Source: Camelus ferus | Lineage: Eukaryota | Length of the DNA stretch: 64,000 nucleotides | Assembly: GCF_009834535.1 (NCBI RefSeq) | Contig: NC_045697.1 | Span: 110,796,001 to 110,860,000 of the forward strand | Direction of reading: 5' to 3' | Shown: positions 50,418 through 64,000 of the stretch, piece by piece | How the letters are laid out: the number at the start of each line of letters is the position of its first letter | Position numbering within the stretch: position 1 is the first letter of the stretch | Program-made: the position numbers and the translations under genes | Notes under the pieces: model-generated | The model's input: only the letters and a program-made list of their open reading frames with translations | Database searches by the model: none | What the model was told of the DNA's origin: nothing

Positions 50418-52602
50418 GTTTAGTTTTTTGAGGAACTTCTGTACTGTTTTCTAGAGTGACTGCACCAATTTACAATCACACCCTCAGTGCATAAAGTTTC
50501 CTTTTTCTCCACATCCTTGCCAACATTTATTACTTGTTGTCTTCTTGATTGTAGCCATTCTGACAGGTGTGAGGTAATATCTCATTGTGATTTTGATTTA
50601 CATTTCCCTTATTATGAGTGATATGGACCATCTTCATGTTCCTCTTAGCCATCTGTATGTCTTGTTTGGAAAAATGTCTATTCAGTTCTTCTGCCCATTT
50701 TTAAAAATTGAACTGTTTGTTTTTTGTATTGAGTGGTATGAGTTCTTTGTATGTTGTAGTAATAACCCATTGGCAGATATATCATTTGTAAATATCTTCC
50801 CCCATTCAGTAGGTGGTCTTTATGTTTTGTTGATAGTTTCCTTTACTATGCAAAACTTTTTAGTATGAAGTCCTATTTTTTTTTTATTTTGCTTTTTCTC
50901 GCCTTGCCTGAGGAGACATATTCAATAAAATATTGCTAAGACTGATGTCAAAGGGTGTACTGCCTACATTTTCTCATAACAGTTTTATGGCTTCTGGTCT
51001 TACTTTTAAGCCTTTAATCCATTTTCGGTTTATTTTTCTGTATGGTGTGAGAAAAATTTCTAATCCCATTAGTTTACACATAGCTGTCCAGTTTTCTCAA
51101 CACCACTTATTGAAGAAGCTGTCTTTTCCTCATTGCATATTCTTCCTTTGTCATTGATAATTTGACCATATAACCTTGGGTTTATTTCTGGGCACTATTC
51201 TATTCTGCTTACTGATGTGACTGTTTTTATGGCAATACCATACCGCTTTGATTACAGTAGCTTTGAGTATACTTTGAAATTAGGGCACATGATACCTCCA
51301 GCTTTGCTCTCCTTTCTCAAGGTTCTGTTTTCTATTTGGGGTCTTTTGTATTTCCATACAAATTTTAGAATTCCTTGTCCTAATTCTGTGAAAAATGTCA
51401 TTGGTATTAACTTAGGAGTTGAATCTGTAGATTGTCTTGGGGAGAATGATCATTTTAATAGTGTTTATTATTTCAATCAATGAGCACAGTATATTTTTCC
51501 ATTTGTTTGTGTGTCTTCAGCTTCTTTCTCAGTGTCTCATAGTTTTCCAAATGCAGGTTTTTACCTCCTTGGTTAGATTCATTCCTAAGTATTTTATTCT
51601 TTTTAATTTAAATGTAAATGAAATTGTTCTCATATTTTCTCTTTTTTATATATAGTTTTTTGCCAGTGTGCATAGATTTCTATTTATCAATTTTGTATCC
51701 TGCAACTGTACTACAATCATTTATTAGTTCTAATATATTTTTGGTAGCCTCTTTAGGATTTTCTTTATATACTGTTATTTCATTTCTAAACAGTGACTCT
51801 TCTTCTTTTCCCATGAATTCCTTTTCTTTATTTTCTTTTCTTTTTATCTTTCTTTTTTTCTTTTCTTTTGGTCTCATTGCTATGGCTAGGACTTCCAATA
51901 CTATGTTGAATAAAAACAATAAGTGTGGGCATCCTTGTCTTGTTCCGGATCTTAGAGAAAATGTTTTCAAATTTTCACCATTAAGTATGATGTTGGCTGC
52001 TGGTTTATCTTATATGGCTTTTATTATGTTGAGGTATAGTCTCTCTATACCCATTTTCTTGAGAGTTTTTTTTTTATCATAAATGGATATTTTGTCAAAA
52101 GCTTTTTTGCATCTATTGAGATGATTATATGGTTTTTATTCTTCAGCTTGTTAATGTGGTATAGCACAGAGATTGATATGCAGATATTGAACCATCCTTG
52201 TATTCCTGGTGGAAATCCTGCTTAAGCATGGTGCATGATCCCACTAATGTATTATTCAATTTGGTATGCTGGTATCTGTTAAGGATTTTTCATCTGTGTT
52301 CTTCAGTGATATTGGTCTTGTATTTTTCCCTTTTTTGTGTGTGATGATTTTGTCTGGTTTTGGTATCAGGGTGATGTTGGCCTTGTAGAATTAGTTCAGA
52401 AGTATTACTTCCTCTTCAATATTTTGGACTAGTTTGAGAAGGATAAATGTTACCTATTCTTTAAATATTTGATAGGTCTCACCTGTAAAGCTGTCTATTC
52501 CTGAATTTTTGCCTATTGGGAGATTTATATTACTAATTCAATTTCATTACTGGTAATTGGTGAGGTCAGGATCTTCCTCCTTTGCCATCTTGGTCACCTC
52601 CC
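50418..52602 (-). mobile_element. Older LINE-1 ORF2 segment capped by about 40 bp of L1 5' terminus
   Basis: RT-region peptide MKTFSLRSGTRQGCPHLLFLFNIVLEVLA. 52562-52602 reads gggaggtgaccaagatggcaaaggaggaagatcctgacctc on the minus strand. Confidence 0.88.
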
Positions 52603-53299
52603 TAGGTGCTTTTTATAAGATTATATTGTTAATTTTTGCTGTTAAATGATTATATGAATAAATATCAAAATTCTGTTATGCTATCCCAGCTTCACTTCCC
52701 ATCTTGAGAATGGATAATTTTGTTTATAAGCTGAAAATATTTGACTGATTCAAAATAAGTTATATTATACAAAAGTTGAAATTTTATAAAGCACAAATGC
52801 AAGGAAGAAGACAGTGGATATTGGTATCTTGTCTGAAAGTCTAAACCACACTGTTTGGAATAATTCCCCACAAATGGTAGTAAAATGCACTCAGATGTTT
52901 CATATTACAATTATGCCTTATATATGTGAGACATGCTCAGGGCCTTACATGTTTTTTGGAATCACCCTACATTTACCTCTGCACCAGGTAGGTCTCATGG
53001 TATTGACTCAAATTATGTGATAAGTCTGAATTCAGGTCGAATACACTTGTGCAGAGTGAAAGGCAGGCTGGTTGAAGGCAAGACAATTAGAAAGCACACA
53101 TCAAAAGAAATTTTGGAGATTAATAATATTTCACACTGTATAGGAGCCAGCCTTTCCATCATTTCCTAAGCTAAATTTCTCAACGTTATAAAAATAGCAC
53201 TAAAAGACTAAAAGTTAAATATTCACTAGCAACTGTTAATTCCTAGGTATTTTATTCTTTTTAATTTATTTAATTGCAATTATTTAATTTGCAATGAAG

Positions 53300-56200
53300 G
53301 TAAAAAAAGCTTCAATTTATTCATAGACCATCATTTTTTTCTCTTTGATAAGCTGTTAACATTTTTTTCCTCATAAAACAGAAGGCATTACTTCATTTTA
53401 GGTTATATAGATTTTTACATGGCCATTGTTTTTCTTGTTTACCACCTTCTATGCTGGCTTTAACAAGTGGTCCTAAAGGTTTTCCTTCATATAAAATATT
53501 CTCACTAAAATAGAATTGTTGCTAAATAAAATTGCCAACCATTTTGATAATTGCTTTAAGTAAAAGTTATTTTTAATGTCACACATGGCTATAGTTTACT
53601 AAATCTAAGAAAATATGGAACAAATGTTTCTTAAAAAACTTTTACCCTTGTGAAGAATAATAATTAGATGCTTTTAGAGATTTTTTAATGTGTGAGAATA
53701 AAATTTCATTATTTGAGGCTATCAAAAATATAGTAATAGAAACCAAATAAAAGATACCAAGGTATTTAAAAATAAAATTGGACAGAATTTGTATCTGAGA
53801 TTGTGATATACTAAAGTTAACCATAGATAGCAAAAATCCAGCCAATCCAGGCAAGGGACATTTGGGGACTTTGGAAATAGGATTGCTGTTTCACATATAT
53901 TTATTTAAAATGTTCTTTTGTGCAGTTATGTTAAGTCATGATCTCCTCCATAAACTAGATTAATAGTCAAAATTGACTTTTAAAAATAATTTAATAAAAT
54001 CATTAAGTGTGAGCAGTTTTTTCCGTGTAGTCAGTGAGGATTTTATAGGAGTTAGAACTTTGGCAAATAGAGAGCACAACCAAGATGAATGTAGGAGTTG
54101 ACATAATGGTTAAAAATAAATTTACAAAACTAATAAAATGCCTGGAACAGTAATTAACAGTTATGAACAAAATAACAATGAAACTGTACTTGAATTTAAC
54201 AACACACTTAAGCCAAAGTTGAATTACTATAAAAATAATATACAGTGAGCTGATATCTGACATAAGGTACAATAAAAATTAATGTTCCCATTGAAGTCCT
54301 AATTTAAGACAACACCTCTGTTGTACGCCTTTTAAATACTTCTTGTTTGTATCAAATGCAGCTCATTGTGGCCTAAAAAGATGTCAACCAGAATATCCAC
54401 AATATTTATTAAAGTAGAACACTACACTTCTCCTACCACACCAGATAAAATAATTTAATGTATTTATTTTAACAAAAGGCCCATAGTTACTAACTCTAGA
54501 CTATCTAGTAATTTTTTTTTTTAATTTCTAGTACTAACTGTGGTTCTTAAAGATAGCCACAGTTGATATTTGACTTGTCATGCTATTACTGAAAAGAACA
54601 ATGCTTATCCTGAAAGTTTTACTGCAATGCATCTCTAAACTTGACTTCACCTGTAGAAGTTTCATCACAAAAATATATCTACTACTGATGTATGTCAAGA
54701 TTGATTCTACTATCTTTTGTAGAACAAGCACAGATTTGTATATCAGACAATCTGGGTTCTAACATCTAACTTTGCACTGTGACCCTGCGAACATTATATA
54801 CCTTCTTTGAACCTCAGTTCCTAAACAAAGTGAGAGCATGACCACAGTTCTCAAAGGGTGGCATAAAGTTTAAAGAGAGTTAGTGCATGTGCCTACTACT
54901 GGGCTGGATACAGTATAGTGGCTAGGGTTAACGCTTTTTTTCACCTCTCTTTCCCATTCCTAATATTTTGGCTAATTGGAGATTAGTGAAAAAAATGTAG
55001 AAGTTGTTACTGGAATAAATCAGCTCCACTAAAAAGCTCATTATATTGCAGGCAACGGTTATACATTTCCAAAGTAACATTCAATAAGATCGAAAAATTG
55101 CTTTTAAAAATGTATTTACATATTACAATTCATATGCAAGAAGAGCTTTTTCAAGGCAACAATGACAAAAAACAAATAAGCTAAATCTGTGTGTATAGTT
55201 TAATTTTGTAAAATGAAGACAAATTCTCAATTTTATTAGATTTTGAATGTTCATGGACAGGTAACAGAACCAAAGCTATTTCAATAGCAATCTATATCAA
55301 CATCAAAAATATCAAAATAGAGTTTCTCTAAAGGAAGGAGCCTTTTTTTAGATGGGTTGATGATAATTAGAAGTTTCCATTATTTGTCCATGAAACATCC
55401 TAAGAAAGGTGCAAATTCAAATAAGATTCTAGTAGAACTTGGCACATAAACTTAAACTTTTCAATCACCCACTACTTTTCACTTTCTTGTAGCTTCACTC
55501 ACTCAATCTCACATATACAGACATTAATATTTAAAAAAAAAAAAAAACCCTGGCTTTAAAGCAGAAAATTCATCTTCTACAGTAAAAGCAGGTCATCATA
55601 TTTATATACAATGCTCTCAGTCACAGAAATGGATTTTCCTCATAGAGATGCTAATTAACATAGACTATTATGTTCAACTTTCAAAAAGTGTCTTTTAGGA
55701 GGATCTGCTCGATCACGTGACAGAATTCTAAGGCATTATAAGTAGTTGTTCCATAGGACAGGGGCTGCCCTTGCAATGATATCCTTTTGTTACATGTAAC
55801 AAGTCTTGAGTCTTCAAGTGCTACCATCTAGACAGAGAGAGACGTTCATAGTCTACAGGTGGTTGGCTCAAAGGTCAAAAACTTTGTTTAAAAAATGTTT
55901 ATAGAATAGCACCATAGAAAGTCTTTCAGAAACAAATCCTTTTTTTCCAACATTGCATTTTTTAAAAAACTGATTCCTAGGAAGAGAAAGAAAGATATCT
56001 TTCAATTCTTACAAGGGTTACTTTCGCTTCATTTCATTTCATTTAAAAAAAAAAAATACAACATTAACCATGACAACACCAACAGTAACAACTACAACAG
56101 ATCAACAACAAAAGAAAGACAATAGCAGCAGTGGAACTTGAGTAGGAGCCATCCAGGCAGTCACTTGGAAGAATCCTGTTCACACCTGTCGGGAGTTTTC

Positions 56201-57010
56201 TCATCATGTTCACAAGACATCACAAGGCTTCTTGGATTTGGTGGGAAAAGGCAGCAGGGAAAAAGAACTGAGTTTACCTATCATCCGGGCATTTTCCAGC
56301 TCTTACGTAAATGACGTCTACAGTTAACTTCAATAATAGATACTACTGACATTTCAAACTTATCAAAATGTCAGTAAAATGAAATGGTCTCAAGATCTTT
56401 TTTATGTTGCAAGGAGGTTAGTTTAGCCTGCAAGTGAAAATAATGAAGCTGAAATATTCCAGTTTCCAAACATTGGGCACACCCACACTTAAAGTACAAG
56501 CCACCCTGAAATGACTCCCGTTGCACAGCACTTTAGATAGATCTGGTTTACGTTGTCTTCGAGATACCAAGCCAAAGCAATGATCGTAAGATACGAGGTG
56601 AGGGTTTTCCAGTTTATGACCTGCAGGGTCATTATATTTCTCCTATATATTAAAAAATTGTCAAAAAGAACACTCTTCAGGGTCACAGACCCTGAACAGA
56701 ACTGTCTGAATTGTGAAGCATCTATGTTGAGCTGTGAATAAAGGCTGCGAAGTCTTCTTTGAAGCATGAGATGCTCGTTCACCAGATTTATTTATACTTA
56801 TACTGTCAAGAATAAAGTTCAAATATCCTGGCAATGCTGATCAGGAAACTGGAAACTTCTCTTTTAGTTCATAGATAATTCTGGTCTTGCAGTTTCCTTC
56901 TGCTCAAACTTGTCATATAAAACATTTGTGCTAAAATCTTCATTTTAAAAAAGAAATACATCTTCTCTCCATTATGCACATCCCTTTAGGTTCTGATGGA
57001 GGTTTTCGTG
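53300..57010 (-). other. TLL1: Probable long TLL1 3' UTR; distal end uncertain
   Basis: Largely repeat-poor AT-rich sequence after the stop codon. Minus-strand AATAAA candidates at 56787-56792 and 54405-54410, with more near 53.9 and 53.3 kb. Confidence 0.5.
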
Positions 57011-57400
<390 letters not shown>

Positions 57401-58161
57401 TCTGGAACTTGATGTTTTTTCCAAAATGTTAAGCCAAGTTCCTTTGATTTACAAGTACATAGTGTGAAATTCAGAGGGGATCAAGGGACATTAAATCTGT
57501 TTCAGAAGCTGCTCCAAGGAAGAGCCACTTTCAGAATACAAATCATCTATTCCTTCTTGTTTTAATAATCTATGTACCGAGAAGCATTTATATTCCATTT
57601 CAGTTGCTACTTGGACAGGAATCCCAACTTGAATATTATTCAAGTTCAGTATTATTTAAGCAATATATACTGGTAGACATTTCAAAAATAAGATTAATAT
57701 CTTCAGGAAAAAACGTATTCAGAAGAACATCTGACCATAATCCAGTGAATCTTGGGGATAAAAAGCACTGAGAAAATCCTAAGCTTTTCTTTTTCTTATT
57801 TCTCATGGTGACACCCTCTGACATGTTTCTGGCACTCTGTCCTGTGCACAAGTGACACACTGCAATGCAACAACATTCAACAGTACTGGCTAAGTGGTGG
57901 ACCCTGCCACTTATCAAACAGATTGTTGAGAGGGGAAGGCCAATTTGAATGGTGTGCATATGCTTTTTCTCCTTTAAGCTTTAATTTAGGAAGTTTACAA
58001 AATTGTCAAAGATGTATGTTTAGGTACATTGCTTTTAGATTATTAAATATTTAACTTTTTTGCACAATGAAAACATGAATTTAAAAAGATGTGGACAGTA
58101 ATTAGAAAGTATAGCTACCAAATTCATCTGCCTTGTTTGATATTATCGAACAAATTCACTA

Positions 58162-58623
<462 letters not shown>

Positions 58624-61600
58624 TTATTTAACAGTTTATTCCAATTTCGCTTTCAATGTAGTCTAACCACTCTCTAAGTTTGGTGTTTATTTCCACCATT
58701 AGTCATTTTCCCCATATTGTAAGATTGAGATGGCAGAATGAATACATCACAGGCCCTAGAGAAACTGCGGAGTCGGGATCTCACCTCCCACACCTACCGG
58801 CTCGGTGACTTTCGATAAGTGACATCACTTCTCTGATCTGTAGGGTAAAGTGGTCAAGAGTAAAATGCAGATGATAATAACAGTACCAATCTTAATGGCT
58901 TTTGAGAATTTAAGTAAAACGTGACAATCACTTAAAACAGTTTCTGCCATATGTAACGCTCAATGAATTTTTTTTTTTATTGTTAGATCTCACATTGTTT
59001 TCAGTATTAAATTACTGTTTTCATGGGGAAAAGGTCAATGCCTTAATTTGAGTTTAATCTTAATAATTTAATTGAAGCATCCAGAGGAATAAGAGATAAC
59101 TTAAAAGCAACAAAATATATAAAACTGCTATATGTGTATACATGTCATAGAGAACTCTCTACAAAGAATATACAGAACAGTTTTACTTTATTTAGAAATA
59201 TTTATCTAACTTGGTTGGGAAAACATACACACATCATTAATTGTAGTTACCATTGTAGTTCCAGAACCTAGTCAGTTATATGTTGTGTTTTTAACAAACA
59301 AAAAATTTAAGTGCTCTTTTTACAGCTTGTTTCTCAGAGAGCTAATAATAAACATGCACTTTACCAGTTACTACTTTTGTCAGTAGAGGTAAATTATACC
59401 AAAGAAATAAATACACTTGCATGAAAATTTACATTTAGTGTAATTTAGAGAATAAAATTTTCAAAATTTTCTCAGGAACTGTGTGTGGTCTGAGACCCCA
59501 AATTTTACAACGACTAGAGATTAAATCAAAGTAAAGGGAATTTGCAATGCTCCCTCCAGTAAGTACACGTGCAAACATACATGGCTGGGGCGAGGGAGGA
59601 AAAGAGGGCTGTGAAGGGTGTCAGGAGAAGGTAAGAGTTTCCTTCTACCCTTATTTGCCAAAGACTGAGGTTTCTGGGAAGCAGGAGTTGCAGTACTAAA
59701 ACCAGGAAAGTCCCCAGAAAACTGGGATGAGTTGAGAGGAAACAAAAACAAAACTCCAGTGTGGAAAGATTTGGATGGCTAAGCCACTGGTTATCAACAC
59801 ACAACTGTATCTGTGGCATGGTCATCTGTGGCCAGATAGCCCTTGGCAGCCCCCCGTGAGGATGCGTCAGGACAGCTAAAATTCTTAGTTGAGTTTTTTG
59901 ATTTGTATATGGTATACCCACATTGTGGTTTGGTGATTTTAAATAACAAAATATTTCTGAATCCCAAGGATGGAATCCAGTCCAGCTGTGTCTGAATACA
60001 CGTCAGCCCAACCAAAACTATGGTCATTGTCACAGACAACTGCACATTCAGAGACCTTTGTGTGGCTAACATATGAAAGGGCTTCCAACTAGGGTTTCAG
60101 TCATGAGAATGGCTTTCCTCACCATGTGACATGATGAATCTAAATGTCCCTTTGTCTTCCAGATGGTTAGGTGGGGTGTCTTGCACAATCTATTGATATA
60201 GCTACTACTATTTCAGATGTAAACATGTGACAAAACACACGTGCTTAGAACCACTATGGGAAGCTGGAAATCTGATCAGTCTTGGGAATCATCTCATGAG
60301 TCCCACAGACTGGAAGCCAAGCATCCTTCCTTTCCCACCATGGTACCTCTCTGCCCTTTCCCTGTGATGCAACTCCACAGCCAAATGGCTTGGATACACA
60401 AATCTGAGCTCTGCTCTTCATTAGCTGTGGGACTTTGTCCCCGGCTTCATTCCTAAAGTGGAGATCATACATAGTACCTACATCATAGGGTCTAGGTGAA
60501 GAGTGATGGGCTAAAATATGTACAGTTCTTGAAGGACACCTGGCCCACAGGAAAAGCCATCCAAGTGTACACTGCCATCATCATTGATATTTTTTTCTAG
60601 TGAGGACATTTAAATGCCATCATCTACACTTTTAGGCATCCACTCAGGTATGAAAAGAAAAGCCAGAAAAATTGAAAAACAATTTCAAGCACTATTAATC
60701 TGTTTTTCAGAAAGGAGGGATTATATTTTGGAAGGCTAGTAAAATATTTTGGGAAAATATTTCTGAAGTCAATAGGTGAATGTATAAACCAGTGTAATCT
60801 CATTTACAGATACTAAAAAAAAAATCTATTTATTCTCAAAGTTTGATATAATTGAGTGATTTTTTTTTATTTTCAAGTTAAAAAAAAAATGTCAGCACTC
60901 TAGTTACTTTTATTTCACAACCCAGGAAGGGGTGGACTGTGAGATAGGACAGGCACTGGTTTCCGTGTGCCTGCTTCAAACAAAGCAGCAAAGCAAAGAC
61001 CAAGATCCAGAAGAAACGATTCTGTTAGCCTCCGCTCAGAGCAGAAATCAGGAAGGAAATGAAGTATTTGAACAAAATGGGGAAGGAGATTTCACAAAGC
61101 CTGTGTGAATCTGAAAATGACAGTGAGGCATCATTATTTGATTTTACTGAAAACTTCTAGAAAATGACAATACTCAAAATAAATGATGTTAAAAATGACT
61201 AAAAATGTTTCAGAAAGGGCAGCCTTCATTTTAATTTGGAAATTAAATTTCCTGGTAAAATGTTAAATCTCTGAGAGTGCCAAATAAGTTTAGGCATTAT
61301 AATTTAAGTTACATCAAAATAGTTTCTTTTTTTGGAACTTATTAATGTAATATTTGATTTTTAAATATCATTGACAAATAGGATGATACTTTATGCTGCA
61401 GAAAAAAATCCCACCATACATGGCATATTTTAAATTATTTTCTCTCCACATTTCCCTTCTTTTTCTGTTTTAGCACCATATCCTCTGAAAGAATATGCTA
61501 TGTTTTTATTGAAAGAGCTGGGTTTTTCTTTTTGGTTGTTACTTGATTAAAATAAATTTGGCTTAGAATTTGGACCTACTTTTAGAGGAAAAAAGGACTC

Positions 61601-63803
61601 TTTCCAATAGTCTATTTTCCACGGATTTGGATAGTATTACTTGTGAAAAAATAGTCATAAAGCACTGTTAATATTTCTATTTACCTAATTTCAAAATTCA
61701 TAGTATTAGAAGATTTTCTGGTGGATAAAATTTAAATTATATGCAGAAATATAAATTTACTCAATGTATATTGCAGGGCCCATCAATAACAGTTACATGT
61801 ATTCTAGAAGGCAGTAAACATTGAATAAATGCTTTATACGTGTAGTGGAAATTGACATACGTGGTACTGGCTTGGCTGTCTTGTTGGTAGAAACTAACTA
61901 AAAAATCAGAAGTTCAGAAACTTCTGAGAATCAGAAGTTTAACTTACCATACTATAAGATGCCAACAGGAAGGATTCCTTCCATTTTTTAAATAAATTCC
62001 CACAAAATATCTACTTTTTTCCTATGAATTACAAATACTTCATAGCGCCTATTCAAAACAGGTACCAAGTAAATATTTGATGAAAAACTGTGGAATAAAT
62101 AAACTGCTAAAGAGAAAGCTTTCAAAAGAAATAAACAGTAGGCAGTACAAAAGAATATTTCAGCATGTATGTCTCCTCAAAAGTAACAGTATAAAATGAA
62201 TCTGCCCAGAAAATTCAAAGACAGCTGGTTAAGTGACGGCAAAAATTTACACATGAAGAAAACAAACAAGCAAACAGATAATGCCAAAAATTTTGACAAG
62301 AGCAGGTGGACAGGAGTTGGGAGGTCAGCACTCTAACTCCAACTGTTATTTTTTTTGCACTACTTTGGTTGTTATTTAAGTTTTAGTCTCAAAATCTTCA
62401 TTTCTGAGATGACAGAATGGGATCAAACAACATCCAAGGCATATTCTGCCTACAAAATGTGACTGAGGCTGCTCACATGGGGATTTGAATGAATGTAAAC
62501 TGAACAAATAAATAAAATGAGCCTAGTCGGTTGGGTACTTTGGACAAAGGATTTGTTTAAAACTTACATAAGGAGGCATTCAGTCTCTACATGTTGCTTA
62601 AATAACAGAGATCCGGTTTTGTATTGGTTTTCTTCCTAATCTAAAGTTTATGTTAAGAGAAAATATACCATAGTGGAAAGTACACGAACTCCGGAGACAG
62701 TCAGAATTAGGGTAAAATTCAAGCTTTGATATAATTTTAGAAATCTTTGCCAATTAATTAAGCCTTCAGATTTTTAATTTCTTTATTCTGAAGATGAAGA
62801 TAGTTCCTACATCATATGGCTCTTTCGAGGACTCAGTATGTGTAGTTTATGTTAAGTAAATGTATGTGCCTGAAATGTGAATATATACCATTGGATTGGA
62901 TTGGACATGGTCTCTAGGATAATATAATTAGAGCCTACCAATGGATTCTTAATGGTAATACAAACACTGTAAATAGGGTCCAGAGCAGAGGCTGTGCAAA
63001 TTAAAGAGTCATGGAGTTTTATAGTTGTAAGATAAGATAACAGTTTTATAGCTGTAAGGAAATATATAGCTTGAGATTTAAGGTAAAGGTAAAGATAAAA
63101 AGAGAAACTGTAAAACTAAGTTTTTATTAAACTAAGAAAAATTTATAGGTAAGTAATTTAAAAATACTCTATCAGCTTTCACTATCAGCTTTCTAGAGTT
63201 CTGATAGCCTATTTTCACACTCCGTTCTTGGAATCTGTGACAGCCAGGATTATTTTAAAAATTATGCCATTAACTCTGTGCTGTCAGAAAAATATTGATG
63301 AAATAATGGGATTCCAATTTTTCCATTCCTTCAACACATGACACATTATCAAAAAAAAAAAAATTTCAAGAGTAAATATCAAACGTATGAAAAAATCTTT
63401 CAACAGTATAAAATTTTTTTAATCCAAGAAAGATTTTTCTCAAATCAAAATAATTATATTAATCATGAGAAGTAATTATTTTTGTATTACTGAGGAGTCC
63501 AATTAATACTAGCATGGATCAGACCAATATCCGGACAATATCCACTTTCTTACAAATAGACTTCAATATAAATCTAATGCTCATAATAAAATATACTAGA
63601 GTGGCAAATGATACTGGACTATGGAATAAATTAAAGTTCTGATTCTAAAACAAAATGAAAGTCAAAGAAAAAACAATAATTAGAAAACCATGACAAAAAT
63701 GACTACACTAAAATTTCTCTGTGGATGAATTTGTAGACTACCATGCTTTGTTTTACAACAAGATAGATTTCTCCTGGTGTCTCAGTAGTTTATGCACTGG
63801 AAA

Positions 63804-63822
63804 TGCCACTAGGTGTCACTAT
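63804..63822 (+). promoter_or_regulatory. Candidate CTCF site in a TLL1 intron
   Basis: TGCCACTAGGTGTCACTAT, preceded by a TGCACTGG segment resembling the upstream module. Confidence 0.55.
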
Positions 63823-64000
63823 AAGATAAATGATTTCAGTGAATACCTACAATTAACTGATTTCTTTTTTAACTAAAAGAAAAAAAAGGACATTTACTAA
63901 ACATTTATGGAATATATTATTAGATTGGCTTCAAATTATTAAAATATTAGTATACACGTTTGTCTAAAATTTTCCATATTTTTCTAAATTATATTTTATT

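Noticed and set aside
52545..52602. Splicing as the cause of this L1 junction
   Set aside because: An AG likely precedes ACCAAT in ORF2, but the recalled 5' consensus continues ctcACC with no GT, so microhomology explains it better. Unverified without the consensus.

Overview
AT-rich, repeat-dense mammalian genomic DNA. A Vic-1-type tRNA-derived SINE and the L1 3' ends suggest a camelid. Two genes are recognisable, both on the minus strand. (1) The last two coding exons and 3' UTR of TLL1 lie at about 53-58.6 kb, with a 1-nt insertion that frameshifts the penultimate exon. (2) The 5' part of MAP9 (CpG-island promoter and exons 1-4, about 38.7-42.3 kb) looks disabled: start codon ATG>CTG, two broken splice acceptors, a 2-nt deletion giving TGA TGA, and no recognisable later exons in the 38 kb downstream. 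Its promoter nevertheless looks intact, with two RFX X-boxes. In human, TLL1 and MAP9 are about 10 Mb apart on opposite strands, so the L1-packed interval between them should contain a rearrangement breakpoint. The rest is LINE-1 (several copies keep both ends but lack the middle), solo LTRs, MaLR, MIR/L2, DNA-transposon fossils, microsatellites and a tailless 7SK retrocopy. Gene and repeat names come from recalled sequences, not a database search; boundaries of old repeats are approximate.
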